64,000 nucleotides of DNA from Eledone cirrhosa (GCA_964016885.1 OZ024740.1:320106001-320170000), one strand, 5' to 3'. Shown: positions 38,100 through 54,445, counted from the stretch's first letter. Translations and numbers: made by a program. Notes: generated from the letters alone by a model not told the origin.

Positions 38100-39358
38100 C
38101 GAATAAGGAAAAGCGAAGTAGTTTCAGATGTTCAAGTCCTTTAATAATGATGCTGTGATATATATTTCAATGACGACACTGACCACACTGTTCTGTGTGC
38201 GAGTGTCATGTCATCATCAGATAGCTTGTTACATAATAAGGTTGTTTCCGAGGCAATCCAAATTGAATCGACATGGGAACGGATGAAGTTCGTGCTTTTG
38301 GGTTTTTCATCCGTTCCCTTGTGAGTACCAATTCACCCCCACCGGTCTGCGCAAGCGCATGTCCGAAGGAAGTTGACCATTAGCCACCGCAGTTTTCAAC
38401 GAAATTCGCTGTCAGTTCACCCTCTCAGCCAAAACAATGGCCCACCTATGCCCTACCAAAGTTTACTGCTACCCATCACTACTGTGGCAGTCAGCCGAAA
38501 GCCAGAGGGGATGAGAGGGTGTTAGTTTTTATAGGTCATAATACTACCTTTCACATAGCGTTGACAGTAAGACTAACCATCAACTCATAAGGGAAAATAA
38601 ACTTAATTCTAGGTACTATGGTTTTACATTGTAAGTTAAGAGTGAGAGTTGGAAATAAAAATAAAAAATTAAAATCCTAAATCAAATATCAGAGATTATA
38701 AATTAAACAATTAAAAATTAAAAAATTCTAAATTCAAAATTTTTCAAGTGATAATTCGGATTGCGTAAAAATATAGATTGAAGTGAGTAAATAATATGGA
38801 GAGAGATGTTTAAGTAATAAGTTCTGAGAGGGATTCTAGTGTCACAGTTACTCTATCCACATATTGAACGACAGTGCCGTACATTATAACGGAGGGCAAA
38901 CTACATGGTTCAAAGCATTAGTCAATCTGTTACACGGTCATAATTTCCATCACAAAATCAAAGAAAAACAGACATAAAGTACACAAAGGAAAAGAAAAGA
39001 ACAGAACCAATAGTGAATAAATGCAAAAACACAGAGTACATATATGCAAAATGATCCATATGATTGTCCATCTGTCCATGTATAGATTGAATTGAAGGGG
39101 CTTCTGCTCAAATGCGATTTGGTGCAGGAAAATAGGGGTTTATCTTATTTTTTGTTTCCCAAAAGCACGAACTTCATCCGTTCCCATGTCGATTCAATTT
39201 GGATTGCCTCGGAAACAACCATATTATGTAACAAGCTGTCTGATGATGACACGACACTCGCACACAGAACAGTGTGGCCAGTGTCGTCATTGAAATATAT
39301 ATCACAGCATTATTATTAAAGGACTTGAACATCTGAAACTACTTCGCTTTTCCTTATT
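38100..39358. mobile_element. Non-coding element with ~200-bp inverted termini (38100-38302 / 39159-39358), each with an HHR; probable PLE derivative
   Basis: Direct reverse-complement identity; flanked by (AT)n; a related fragment lies at 39620-39760. Confidence 0.75.
39235..39308 (+). ncRNA. Hammerhead ribozyme (inverted copy at 38152-38225, minus)
   Basis: GCUGU-CUGAUGA-long stem II (UGACACGACACU...AGUGUCGUCAUU)-GAAA-UAUAUA-UC-ACAGC. Confidence 0.8.
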
Positions 39359-40139
39359 CTATATATATATATATATATATGTCATGACTTTGATTCCTGG
39401 GTTGCGTGTTGTGTCCCTGAACAAAACACTTCATTTCACGTTGCTCCAGTATACTCAGCTGAAAATGAGTACCAGCAATAGCTAGGGGTTTAACCCTGAG
39501 ATGGATTAGTGTCTTGTCCATGGGGGATTCTAGTACTCTCAGTTGCTTCCCGCCATGAAACCAGGCTAAGCACCGGCCAAATGATACATATATATATATA
39601 TATATTTATTTTTTTATTTTTAGAATAAGAAAATGCGAAACTGTTTCAGATGTTAAAGTCCTTTACTACTTCGCATTTTCTTATTCTAAATATACTCCGT
39701 CACTTCTATGTGAAAAAAGTGCGTTGACTGCTTGAATTGAATTGCATCAAAATATTTACTGTAAGTATATATATATGTGTGTGTGTGTGAGATTGACTTC
39801 CGTCGGTTTTGACGACGGAAGTTCGAGTCGTTTGATCAACAGAACAGCCTACTTGTGAAATTAAAGTGTAAGAGGCTGAGCATTCAATAAGCACATGTAC
39901 TCTTATTGTAATTGTCATGGAAATTCCATGTAGCAGATTATGTGACAGAGCTGGCACTTTGAATTATAAGTGCAGTTGATTTGATAGGCTTCCAAATAGT
40001 TTCTGTCCACCCAATTGCACTCACAAAGCATGGGTTGACACAAGGCAAATGACACTTGCCCAAGATGTCATGGAGTGGGATCGAACCCAGGACCTAATTA
40101 TATATATATCGCTCTCTATCTCTCTCTTTCTCTTTCACG

Positions 40140-41844
<1,705 letters not shown>

Positions 41845-42300
41845 ATACATTAACGGAGCTATAGACTCTCGCCGTTCCCTGTAAATAATGTGCTCAAAGG
41901 AGAGGAAATCCTGAGCTCTTTAAAATACAATATATTGAAAAGGTAACACACTAGAGAGAGATACAGTGCGATATCAACAAAACAGGGAAAAACCACCAGC
42001 GTATGGAATCTATAAATTATGAAAGGCAGATTATAGACACGATAATTAAAAATATAAATTAAAGCGTAAATAAATACCTCTATAACTATATAACTCATGT
42101 ACAAATCCAAAGTGATCTGTTTCGCCAGTAAGTTGTTGACAGAAATGAAATAACCCAGGTTCATCAGCGTGTGTATGGCTATACATTTCAGAAAACACTA
42201 AGAGAATTTTTAAAGCGACCGTCCATCTACACGTGGGAGAAAAAGGTCACAGCTTGTTTAAGGGCAGTGAAGCATATATGATATATATATATATATATAT

Positions 42301-42632
42301 AGAAAAAGAGATGAAATCGAAAATGCAACTGAAGTCTTATTTTTTTTTAAAATATATATATTTATTTGGTTCCGTTACCGGTTTCGCAGTTCTTCTGCTT
42401 TTCAAAAGGTGAGTTGAGATGGAGGGTCTGTGGTTTTTCTCACATCTGGTTGGTCTCTGAAACAAGTGACATTCAGAGACCAACCAGATGTGAGAAAAAC
42501 CACAGACCCTCCACCTCAACTCACCTTTTGAAAAGCAGAAGAACTGCGAAACCGGTAAAGGAACCAAATAAATATATATATTAAAAAAAAAAATAAGACT
42601 TCAGTTGCATTTTCGATTTCATCTCTTTTTCT
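42301..42632. repeat. Long near-perfect palindrome (~160-bp arms, ~11-nt loop)
   Basis: 42301-42461 is the reverse complement of 42472-42632. Confidence 0.95.
42524..42561 (+). ncRNA. Variant minimal hammerhead with U3-A8 core
   Basis: CCUU-UUGAAAA-GCAG aagaa CUGC-GAAAC-CG-GUA-AAGG; inverted copy at 42372-42409. Confidence 0.65.
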
Positions 42633-42698
42633 TTATACTTCCACTCGTGTAGGACACCTCGGTTATTTTTCATTTTGTAAAAAAAACCTCACTTTCTA

Positions 42699-42729
<31 letters not shown>

Positions 42730-42730
42730 G

Positions 42731-42885
<155 letters not shown>

Positions 42886-42903
42886 CTATTTAATATAGAA
42901 AAG

Positions 42904-42952
42904 GCTTCTACAGGATTAGAACTGTTTCATTCGGGAGAAATCATCAGGAAGC
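42904..42952 (-). ncRNA. Type I hammerhead ribozyme with true stem III, within a 129-bp palindrome (42887-43015)
   Basis: Minus: GCUUC-CUGAUGA-uUUC uccc GAAu-GAAA-CAG uucuaauc CUG-UA-GAAGC (GUA cleavage). Confidence 0.8.
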
Positions 42953-43114
42953 CCCTGATGATTTCTCCCGAATGAAACAGTTCTAGTCCTGTAGAAGCTT
43001 TTTCTATATTAAATATTTATACTCTGCCTTGTATTGAGTACCTTACTTACTGTGGTTACCCCCGATTGAACCCGGGATAAGCTTATATGTATTTGTGTGT
43101 GTGTGTGAGTTTGT

Positions 43115-43264
<150 letters not shown>

Positions 43265-43386
43265 ATATACATATATATATATTAATAGTAAAATCCGATG
43301 GTCTCGGTTAGGGAGAAAACAGAAAATCTTTGCTTAAACTTTTAATCTGTACGAATTATACAGACACACAAATATTTGTATATATG

Positions 43387-43449
<63 letters not shown>

Positions 43450-44623
43450 TTAGTCGTTGGCGACTAAACTGGCAACCCCACCAATGTTTCTTGGTGAGGA
43501 GGGTGACTTTGGACATCCTGCAGGACTAAAAACAAAACCTGTCAAAGGGCAAAGGAGCTCTTAAGAGTCAATGGCCATCCAAAATCACTGGGAGAGACGA
43601 CCCCTTAGCCTTTGTCAAGGCAGAATTCTAGGAGAAGGAAATCTCTGATATAACACCTGCAACCCTGATGGTATCCAATGATGTTGACTTGTTCTTCTTT
43701 TTGGTAAATATCATCTTGGTTAAGAGAGTGGGACTGGCTTTGTGCAGTGCCTTTGCTCACTATAAAAGCTTCACGGCACAGGCATTGCTTTATATCTGGA
43801 GATCTCTCTGCACTTGTCGTCACATGGTATCATGGGCCCAGCACTATGTGTCAATAATTGTTACAGGTGTAGTGTTTGTACCAGAGTTTTCAAGTCGCTG
43901 GCTGGACTAAAAAGTCACACTCGTTCAGTGCATCGGTAGGGGTTCTCCTACATGGATATAAAGTAGTGGCCGTACTCGAAAACGAGTTGGCAGCCATAAT
44001 ATATATATATAATTATGTCAGATTGCTCTAGAGTGCTACTGGTAACATGTAACCAAGTACAACCTGTCTCATGGTCGGGTCGTCGGCGACTAAACCGGCA
44101 ACACCACCAAGCATGCATGGTTAGGAGGGTGATATTTGGACACCCTGCGGGATAAAATACAAGACCCAGCAAAGCGCAGAGGAACTCAGCAGAGTGAACG
44201 ACCATCCAAATAGTACTTCATTTCCTCTTTCTCTATCACCTGGGAGTGAAAGACCTCCAGTTGATATCACAACACCTTTCTAAGAGAGGGAAACTCTAAA
44301 AAAAAAAACACCTGTGGCTTTGGAAGCATCCGATGAAGTTCTCCTTTTCGGGTAGTGTTTCGTTGCTCAGAGAGTAGGATTGGCCGAGTTCAAGGCCTTT
44401 CCCTACTTACAAAACCTTTCCCCACTTAAAAAAACCTTCAAAGCACAGGCATTGCTTGTTCAGGATCTGTTACAGGTTCTTGTGGCTGTAGCCTAAAAGT
44501 GCACCAAACTATATAATCTGACAAGCGATTGCAATACTCTAAGCAGAGTTTGCAGCCATCAGATATATATTTATATACATGTACCGTATATGTGTGTGTA
44601 TACACATATATACACACACACAC

Positions 44624-44659
<36 letters not shown>

Positions 44660-44836
44660 ATAACCGAAGTTGCAGCGGCACTATAGCATCAATCGAATTA
44701 TAAGTGGCAGTCACGAAGCACTCAAAGAAGTGAAGAATTTATATATTTCTACCCAGAGCGAACATGAAATGTTAAAGAATAAGGCGATCAGAAGGTAGTT
44801 GTTACAATAATACAACATCAATATATACAAACAGGC

Positions 44837-45288
<452 letters not shown>

Positions 45289-45811
45289 TACCCACTCTAC
45301 TACCCTAAGTATCGAGTACTTTGGTGCGTTATGGTCCACCTGGTTCCTTACCACATTTCCTTCGTTATATATATGTATATATATATATTTATATATATAT
45401 ATGTATGTATGTATATATATATATATATTTGTATATAGGTGTGTGTTTGTGTGCGTGCGTGTGGATGTGTATGCGCGTATGTTTGTATGTATATGTACGC
45501 ATGCGCGTTTGTGTGTGATGGAGACAGAAGATGGTGTATGCCTGTGCCATTGTACTTTTAGTTTGTTTTCCTTCAGAAATATATATAACATTAAAAAGAT
45601 CATAAGTTATTGGACAGGAATAGTCAAGACATTGGAAACGAATTCCTTCATTTATGCAGGCTATGCCACTAGATGTGCACCAATCCGTAATTTCTCCGAT
45701 AACAATTCTAAATTGTGGTAAAGTCAGTCTTTTTATTTGAAATAACCACACAAATGTCAAGGAGCAGACGATATGTCTACAAATTAAATGTCTGCTCATC
45801 ATATATGCACA

Positions 45812-45918
<107 letters not shown>

Positions 45919-46009
45919 TATTTAATTAAGGTTCTATATATATCTGTTTATATATATATATACATATACACACACACATCACACACATATATATACACAC
46001 ACACACACA

Positions 46010-46092
<83 letters not shown>

Positions 46093-46201
46093 TACACAAT
46101 AAAGAGTGTGAAGGGATGAGAGTAGGAAAGAGACATGCAGACATTTCACACACGGACACGGACACACATCATTCACACACACACACACACACATTCACGC
46201 A

Positions 46202-46267
<66 letters not shown>

Positions 46268-46613
46268 ATGTGTGTGTGTGTGTGTGTGTGTGTGTTTAAT
46301 ATAAAGAATAGTGTTCTCATGCGCGAAAAATAATTATGGTGAATACCCTTAAAGACGGGAAAAGCAGTTCACATCGGCCGCTACCTGGAATCAAACCCCA
46401 TATCTTCCAGGTACCGACTATATATATATATATGACCCCGACGGCTGAGTTGCGGTCGTTTCAGCAGCTAAATCAGATCTAGCTGTTGAAAGGGCCGGAG
46501 CTCAGCCTTCGGGTTCCTGAACCTTTTCATATTACCCACTTTACTACTCCAAGTATCGAGTACTCTGGTAAGTAATGGTCTAACTGGTTTTTACCGCCTC
46601 CATTCTGATCTGG

Positions 46614-46648
<35 letters not shown>

Positions 46649-48149
46649 AATTGTTGTCCTACCGAGTATGACTGTCTTTTGCATTCCTTCTTCCTTCTCT
46701 TTAATGATGCAGTGCCTTCCCATCATTGTCTTTCAATATGACAAAGATATACACCAAAATGGTAACACCAACACTATGCCTCTTAGGCACCAACAGTACT
46801 TCAAAGTAAGACATAACAACATTCGTGACCAACGAATTGTAAATATTCTTGTCTCTACTACATCTGAGTAACGAAAGTTCTTTGGCAGGTTCACTTTCAC
46901 TTTAATGGAATGTATATGTCGAAATTCTTTATTCTGTTTCATTTTCATCTGCATTTTCTTTCTGATCTTGTTTCTTTTCGCATTCTTATACGAGCTCCTT
47001 TATTTCTTAATGTGTTGCTTGATAAACATCAAGCTCATTATTATCGAGATTTATCCATTCCTCGAGGTTTTCTTCTGTAATATCTGTGTGTCCATCATAC
47101 TCCTCGTGTATTTAACCAATTCTTTGGTCATTTCCTTTTCACAGGAAATTTTAAGTGCAGAGATTTTAGGTCTAGTCCTTTTTTTAATCTTGAAACATTA
47201 TGTTTGGCCACAATGTGTGCCAACTGCCTTGCAGAATATTTCTCACTATTTTATTCCGAGCAGACACTTTAAATTAAATTCCGTCATTAAATCTGTAGTA
47301 AGATTTCCATTAATACACACAACAAGGAAATGTGTATGAACTCAGCTCTATATTTACTGGGGAGATATACACAGAAAATATTGTCTTTTATTAAAAGTTC
47401 TACTTTAAGGTGTGTCGAACAATTATCTAATATCAAAAGTTTGAGTGAAAGCCAACAGAGTGTTAGCCTTCTCTAGCTTCACTCACAGTAATTTTCAAAC
47501 CCTTCATGAAACGGTTTAGCTGCTATCAATCCTTTTACTTTTTATTACTGCAGTAATAGAAATACCCTTGTCTTAACACTATTAACAATTACCATGGCTA
47601 CTGGGACACCAGTTATATCTGTATATATACAAATTGGGTAACCGAGATTACACCCATTTGTATATTAATATTTGCAAATTAATACGTCCATTTCAGAATA
47701 CTACTATGGGCGAATTAGTATATAAATCCATCAAATACGTGTTTCCTTATGGTTGTTTAGATGATATACACAACCCTTGATGAAGACCCAACTAGGTTAG
47801 AAAATCGATTAAATCTGTTTATCATTTTTTTTTTCAATTTACAGGGAAATTCGTATTTATAGTACGTTTACATGCCTATATATTAAAATTGTATATATTT
47901 ATATACTCATTAGCGCAGTCTTGGTTATCCCCTCTCTATATATACAGAAATAACTTTATCGTAAATTTCGGCTACTTGGCGTACTTCATATATATATATA
48001 AGGCTCCGGACTGATTCTTGTAATTTTATTTTCAACCTAAAAACTTTTCGGACTTTCGCAGTTATCTCCCTTACACCTCTCGCACGAAGTGACCGGGTTT
48101 CTGGGCACGCGCGTTCGTACGGTTGTCCTTCCTGTTCCTATAACCATGC

Positions 48150-48199
48150 CCATTCCGAGCTGAGGATCCGCTAAGGTGAAACAATTGTTCTCGGTATGG
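48150..48199 (+). ncRNA. Minimal type I hammerhead ribozyme
   Basis: CCAUuCCGAG-CUGAGGA-uCC gcuaa GGu-GAAAC-AAUU-GUU-CUCGGuAUGG. Confidence 0.78.
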
Positions 48200-48296
48200 T
48201 GAACTAACTGTTGTGTAACCACTTCTATACATACATACATACATACATACATACATACATACATACATACATACATACATACATACATACATACAT

Positions 48297-48990
48297 AATC
48301 TGCTGCACAAAAGAGGAGGGCCAGCAGCTGACAATAAATGTAGGCTATGTAAAACAAAGAACGAGGATGTAAGCCACATTGTTGCCAGCTGCGAAAGAAT
48401 GTCATCTCGCTACTACCTCCCCATGAGACACGATGGGATAGCTAGAACCATCTGGAACGCACTTCGGAAAACAAAATTAACAACAAACGAGGAAGAATAT
48501 ATTGAGACAGATGGCACTAAGGAATACTGGTGGAACCTGAAAATAAAAACTGCCACCAAATTAAAGCACAACCGGCCTGATATTGTTGTTTGGGACCACA
48601 CATTGAAAACGTGTTCTGCTGTGGAGATCAGCTGCCCACTTGATGTAAACGTTGTCAGAAAAATACAGGAGAAGGAGGACATCTACGGACCATTGATGAG
48701 GAGTTTACAAATCCAGTATCCAAGACATACCTTTAGCTTTATACCCATCATTATTGGAGCTACGGGTTATATACCAACCCGCTTGGACCAAAGTATGACT
48801 GAACTTGGATTTGCGGACAAAAAGCGCAGCTCCCTAATTCATAGTCTACAAATGACTGCGATAGCTGGCACCTTCAAAATTTGCAAAACATTCTTGCGAT
48901 TCAAGGGATGACAATTTCTTTTCTTTTACAACCTTGCCACCAGGAAGGTGGCCGGTCAAAAAAATTATACTCGAAATTAAGAGAAAGAGA
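48297..48990 (+). mobile_element. 5'-truncated RLE-type non-LTR retrotransposon (R4/Dong-like)
   Basis: CRLCKTKNEDVSHIVASC zinc knuckle, RHD, HNRPDIVVWD...VEISCP...EK..Y..L, PIIIGATG; ORF ends 48911. Confidence 0.87.
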
Positions 48991-49139
48991 TATACATACA
49001 TACACACATACATTATTTATATATTATTAATATTATTATCTCCTTTTCACAGCTTTCCGTATTATTGCTGGTTATTTAGGACTGACTCTAGGTCAGACTT
49101 AACATAAGCTTAAGACATGGATAACAACTGGCTCTTCTC

Positions 49140-49920
49140 TTTCTTTTTGAAAAATATGTGCTGTCTTAAAAGCACTGATTTCTGAAGAATACTTACCTTG
49201 TATTCAATATGTTTTCAAGTAGTAGTTGAAATCTGGTGGGATTGATCTCAAAGCACTAAGGATCACGGGAATGGTGCACATTTCTTTATTCCACATCCTT
49301 GTTATTTCCACCTTACATCCAGAGTAATTTCCAAACTTCTCGTTTCTCTTTTCCCTCCATAATGTTATCCTCTGTACAGGCTACATTGATAATGAAACCC
49401 TTATTTGCAGTTTTTTCAATCACTACAATGTCAGGTCATTTGTGTTTGATATCTCCATCTGTTTTCTTCTTCTTCTTCTTTTGCTTCGTTCTATTCTGTT
49501 TCTTTGTTGAACCCAGGACAATAGAGGTTTTCATTGTAAAGAGAGAGAGAGAGCTTATCTGGGAATGTGTGCTATTCTTAGTAGCCTAATCTTGCTGATC
49601 CTGCAAAAAAGGACACCAAGGTGCAGGTCTGATTATTTGTGTATTAATCCTAGTGCTCCTACAACCACAGGGATAATGTTTGTGGTCATCCTCCACATGC
49701 GGTTGATCTCTATTTCCAGGTCTTTTTACTTTGACAGTTTTTCCATTGTTTTTATAGATGTACTCTTCTCAGCTGGTACGGAAGTATTTACAAGGCTACT
49801 TGTCCGATATGTTTTTTTTTTTTATGGTGATATCTGGTCTGTTGGCAGTGATTTCTTTGTCAGTTATGACAAAATGAATATGTTACAAAATGAATATGTT
49901 ACAATTTTCCATGACTGTTT
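49140..49920 (-). pseudogene. Two decayed RLE endonuclease fragments (R4-like)
   Basis: Minus: TDKEITANRPDITIK...EKLSK*KDLEIEINRMW...IIPVVVGALG (~49620-49870) and IKHK*PDIVVIEK...FIINVAC (~49250-49450). Confidence 0.75.
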
Positions 49921-49944
49921 TGGTATTGTACGGTCCTTGCCATT

Positions 49945-50272
49945 CTGAATTCAAATCCCGCCGAGGTTAACTTTGCCTTTCATCCTTACGGGGTCGATAA
50001 AATAAAGTACCAGTAATTCACTGGGTAATTGCTGGCCTTGTGCCTAAAGTAGAAACAATTATTATTATTATCATAGGGCGGTGGATTGGCAGTATCGGTA
50101 GAGAATCGGACGCCATGCTTTCCAGCATAGTTACGTCCCTTTGCGGTCTGAGTTCAAATCCCGCCGAGGTTCACTTTGCCTTTCATCCTTATGGAGTCGA
50201 TAAAATAAAGTACCAGTAATGTACTGTTAATTGCTGGCCTTGTGCCAAAAGTAGAAATAGTTATTATTATTA
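49945..50272 (+). mobile_element. SINE family A, one truncated and one full copy
   Basis: Matches family A consensus. Confidence 0.88.
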
Positions 50273-50482
50273 TCATTGTATAATATAATGTACATATATA
50301 TATATATGTGTATGTGTGTATGTGTGTGTGCGTGTGTGTGTGTGTGCGTGCGTGTGTGTGTGTGTGCGCGCGCGCGCGCGCGTGTGTGTATATATATATG
50401 CATGTTCCACAGAGAGCGAGAGAAAGAATTTCACAATGTCTGTACATATACATCAATATATGTGTGTGTCTGTGTGTCTATG

Positions 50483-50536
<54 letters not shown>

Positions 50537-51164
50537 CGTGTGTATATATGTATATGTATGTATATGAGGAACATTCTTTAGTTTCCACTATAAGCTGGGA
50601 GGTGTTACTGAAATACTCCAATACCTGTCTCTTGACTGAATCTTCAATGGCCTACGGGAAAAGGCAATTTAAGAAGCGTCTTATAATTAAACACAATTAG
50701 TCAGCTCCAACAGATTTTCCTCGGGCAGAAATGCAGTAATTATCTTATTCCATTCTCATATTTTTTTTTTTTTTTCGTTTCAAATCAATGTTGAAACTTA
50801 GTGAACGGGTGAAAATGGCTTAAACCTGATCAGACGTCTGAGTAAATATATTGAAGTGATAGGAAGGCAACAGTTTAGCAAGTGAAGAGATTTAGATTTC
50901 AAACCAACCGGATACGAAATATTTCTCATCTTTTCTTTCAAAGCAGTGTTAAGATTGTTCACTTCAGAATCATGATATTCCGGGTTCGAGCACACTCCGT
51001 AGCATCTCGGGTTTAAAAGTCTGTCTCAAGCCCGGAGCCCCATCAGGTCGGTGCTTCTCCCGTTTTCCGGGACGTTAAGCGACAGAGAGTACAAGATTTT
51101 CCCCTGTACAGGACGCCAGTACATCACTGTTAAAGTGCCTCTTGAGCCTGGAGTCTTAACAGGG

Positions 51165-51410
51165 TGGCGCTTATCCCGGTTTCCGTGGCGTTAAGTGACT
51201 GAGAGTACAAGACTCTCTCCTGGACAGGAAACCAGTCCATTCCAGATTTAAACCTTCAGCTATTGCTGGTACTCATTTTCAGCTGAATAGACTGGAGCAA
51301 CGTGAAATGAAGTGTTTTTGCTCAAGAGCACAACACACAACCCAGGCCAGGAATCGAACCCACGACACTATGATCGTACGTCCAATACCCTTACCACTGA
51401 GCCACGTGCC
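51165..51410 (-). mobile_element. SINE family B
   Basis: Reverse complement of the 4172-4410 family with a clear tRNA head (TGGCTCAGTGG...GGTTCGATTCC). Confidence 0.82.
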
Positions 51411-54074
51411 ACCACTAGCCTCTTGGGTACTTGTTTTTTAACGTAGCCTCCAGTTAACCCAAACTGTATTAGTTATATTGAGTAGACAGAGACTGCTTGA
51501 AAGCCCATGGCATGGAGTGAACATGTAATTAAATGTACCAGGATATCACTGAATCTTCCTGAGAATTGTCTTAAGGGGACATATGTTACAGGAATATTCA
51601 TCATGCAGTGTTTAGGTTGCATGTGAATGATGCTCGACTGTGGAAGGTTTGGGATATATTAAGGGAGTATCATCTTCATAGAGTGGATATTGTCGGAGGT
51701 GAAGACAAGCAGTTTGGGCTACATCACAAACGATAAAGTAGGGGTCAAAAAGAACTCTATCAGCATATGCTGCAAATTTAAATGGACTACCACACATGAG
51801 AACTGCTTTTGGGACAGTCATGGTTGAGAAATGGTAGGAAGGTAAATTCGACCAAGCTGGTAAATATTGTTTTGACAAAGTTCCAAAACGATCAGCTGCA
51901 GTTTGTGTGGGGGAAGAATTTTCAGGTCAAGCAGATACATTATTCGTATTTCAGCTGACGGCCTTGCAAAAGTTGCGATGCTCAGTAAAACTGTCCATTT
52001 TTTAATGATGGTTGATTTTTCCCCCAAGCTTAGTGGGGTGTGTTCTTTGCCTGAACTGCTGTAGTGCAGCTATTATTGAACCTCTTTGGGGGTTAGAAGC
52101 TATGAGTTTAATTGTGCTGCGGGTGTAAAGGGGCATACCTGAAAGAATGGTTTCAATCTCACGCTTATCTATTTCATCTGGGTCTAGATTAAAACAGATG
52201 TACTGACAGGAGTATCTGAAATAGAACTGGCGAATTTCGTCCAGTTAGTTTACTTGAAGTTGCATAGGAGTCGAGGTAGGGTAGGGTGGGGCTTTGCACA
52301 ATATATGGATGTATGTGGGTGTATGTGATAAGACAATGATTGTACAATATGATAGCTGCAAAGAGGGTGCTGGTTTTGGTAGAGGATAGATTTGAATTAA
52401 GAAATCAAGGATGCTTGGGGTGTCTATGGCTCGGTCAAAGGTGCATGTAGAGGATGAAACTGGTTGTTACAACACTTATGTAACACTGTTTTGACCTTTG
52501 CATTTCCCTTGGACAACATTGGTTTCATGGAGAGGGAATATTTACATGCATGTGTGGCTGCTGGTCTTCCACAAAACTCTCTGCCCAGGATCGTGCCTCA
52601 GAAAGCAAGCCCATGGAAGTTAGTCATGGGTGTATAACCCATGGTCAGTCATTACAGTAGGAGATCCTTTCCCTCTTATCATTTCCTTTTCTTGTTGACA
52701 CAGTTAACAAATTTCACTCACAATCTGTTCTTATATTCTGCCATTTATAAAAAAACAAAGCATTATTCTATCTTACGAGCCCCTACCACAGTTGAATTTA
52801 TTTGTCAGGAGATGGCGCAAATGAATCTCTTGATTTGCTGGCGTCACAGTTTTTTGTAATGTGACAGTGCAAAAAAAAAAAGAAATAGAAATGAATAAAA
52901 ATAATTTGTATGCAACATTTTTTTTAGTTTCTAAAATGTTTGAGAACTTTAGAGATATGTTTTACAACCACTGTAGACTTTTGTGTATTATTATTCTTGT
53001 TGCATTTTCGATTTCTTTGTTAAGAAGAATAATCATAGGTTTTATTTTTAAATCACTGATTTGTTGTTTTATTGTATTCCACCAGACATGATTTAATGGA
53101 ATATTAAAGAATTAACAAACTCTTCTTTTCTTAAATATTTAAAATAAAATATAAAGTAAATATTACGAAGTTCTAGAAATCCCTAGTGCACACCAAAAAT
53201 ATTTTAGAATTGGTTATAGCTTGCTAATGTGTCTAAAATTCAATGGAAATTTATTTTATATTTTTAAATGTTTCAAATTAGTATAACCTCTTAAGCTGTA
53301 AAATCCAAATATATTATTTTAGGCCCAGACACTGAGTCGCACCAAGTTTCTTTGTACACAGCTAAATCCTTTTATAATTAAACTATACTTAATCTATAAA
53401 TATAGTTCCCTGTCATATAATGATACGTAGCATATGTAGAATTATATGCATCACGCCAGTAATTAATTTTCTATCAATCTATTAACTAGATTAAACCTTT
53501 ACATCATCCATATAACGAAGTTTATAAATAATGGAAGCCAATTTTTTTAGAGAAGAATATAGTCTTTAGATTCCATCCCAGTTTTTAATTGATATTCAGT
53601 TATTTTAAACATTATTTTCCCTTTATACTCCAACGTAAATTAACAAACGTTATTGCCAGGACTGTTGTGGCATCAGCTAATTCAAAGTCACAGTCTTCGG
53701 TGAGTTGTCAATGTAAAAATAAAAAGAAATTTGTTTAAAGTAATAAAAATCCGACATCCTGTTGTATTATCTGTCAAAGAAATTATTGCTTCTGCAAAGA
53801 TTTAATTTTCCAAAATATTAGTTCCTGTGACAGGAAATCACATAGTATGCTGTTATTAATTTTCAGTGAAATATTGCAAAGATTCAGTCTATCTCATCCT
53901 GATTGTTATAATAGCCAACGGAATTAGAAAATAACGGCTGTTTCTTTTAATCTTTGTCTGAACTCTTTATATGTTTCACAGTCTTATAACTCTTTATCAA
54001 CAAAAATGTTCACTTCAGTCAGCAATTCAAGTTCGATTCTCTGATTGAGGTGTTTCAATGTTGTATATTTGCCA

Positions 54075-54445
54075 TAATGGTTTCTAATTTAGGCATAGGG
54101 CCAGCAATTTTAAGTGGAGGGGAAAGTCGATTAAATCGACCCGAGTGCTTTATTTTTATCGAGGATGAAAGGCAAAGCTAACTTCGGTGGGATTTGATCT
54201 CAGAACATAAATGGCCGTAACTTTATGCCACGAACTATGAGGTCCGACGCTCTACCGATTCTGCAAATGCACCCCCTTTATACTCACCACAATGGCGGTG
54301 AATTGGCAGAGGCGTTAGAGCGTTATATAGAATGCTCTGTGTTATTCATTCCTGCTCTTTGCATTCAAATCCCGTCGAGATCAATTTTGCCTTGAATCCG
54401 TTAGGGGGCTCATAAATAAAGTACCAGTCCAGTACTGGAGTTGAT
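54075..54445. mobile_element. Two diverged SINE family A copies in opposite orientations
   Basis: Partial matches to the family A core on both strands. Confidence 0.65.

Noticed and set aside
47000-47300. Possible Tigger/pogo transposase remnant on the minus strand (TLWPNIMF...ITEENLEEWINLD)
   Set aside because: Too degraded to support without a search.
47775-47815. TTGATGA...GAAA-ATCGAT-TA hammerhead-like string
   Set aside because: C3U without compensating A8 and no stem I; at best a dead remnant.
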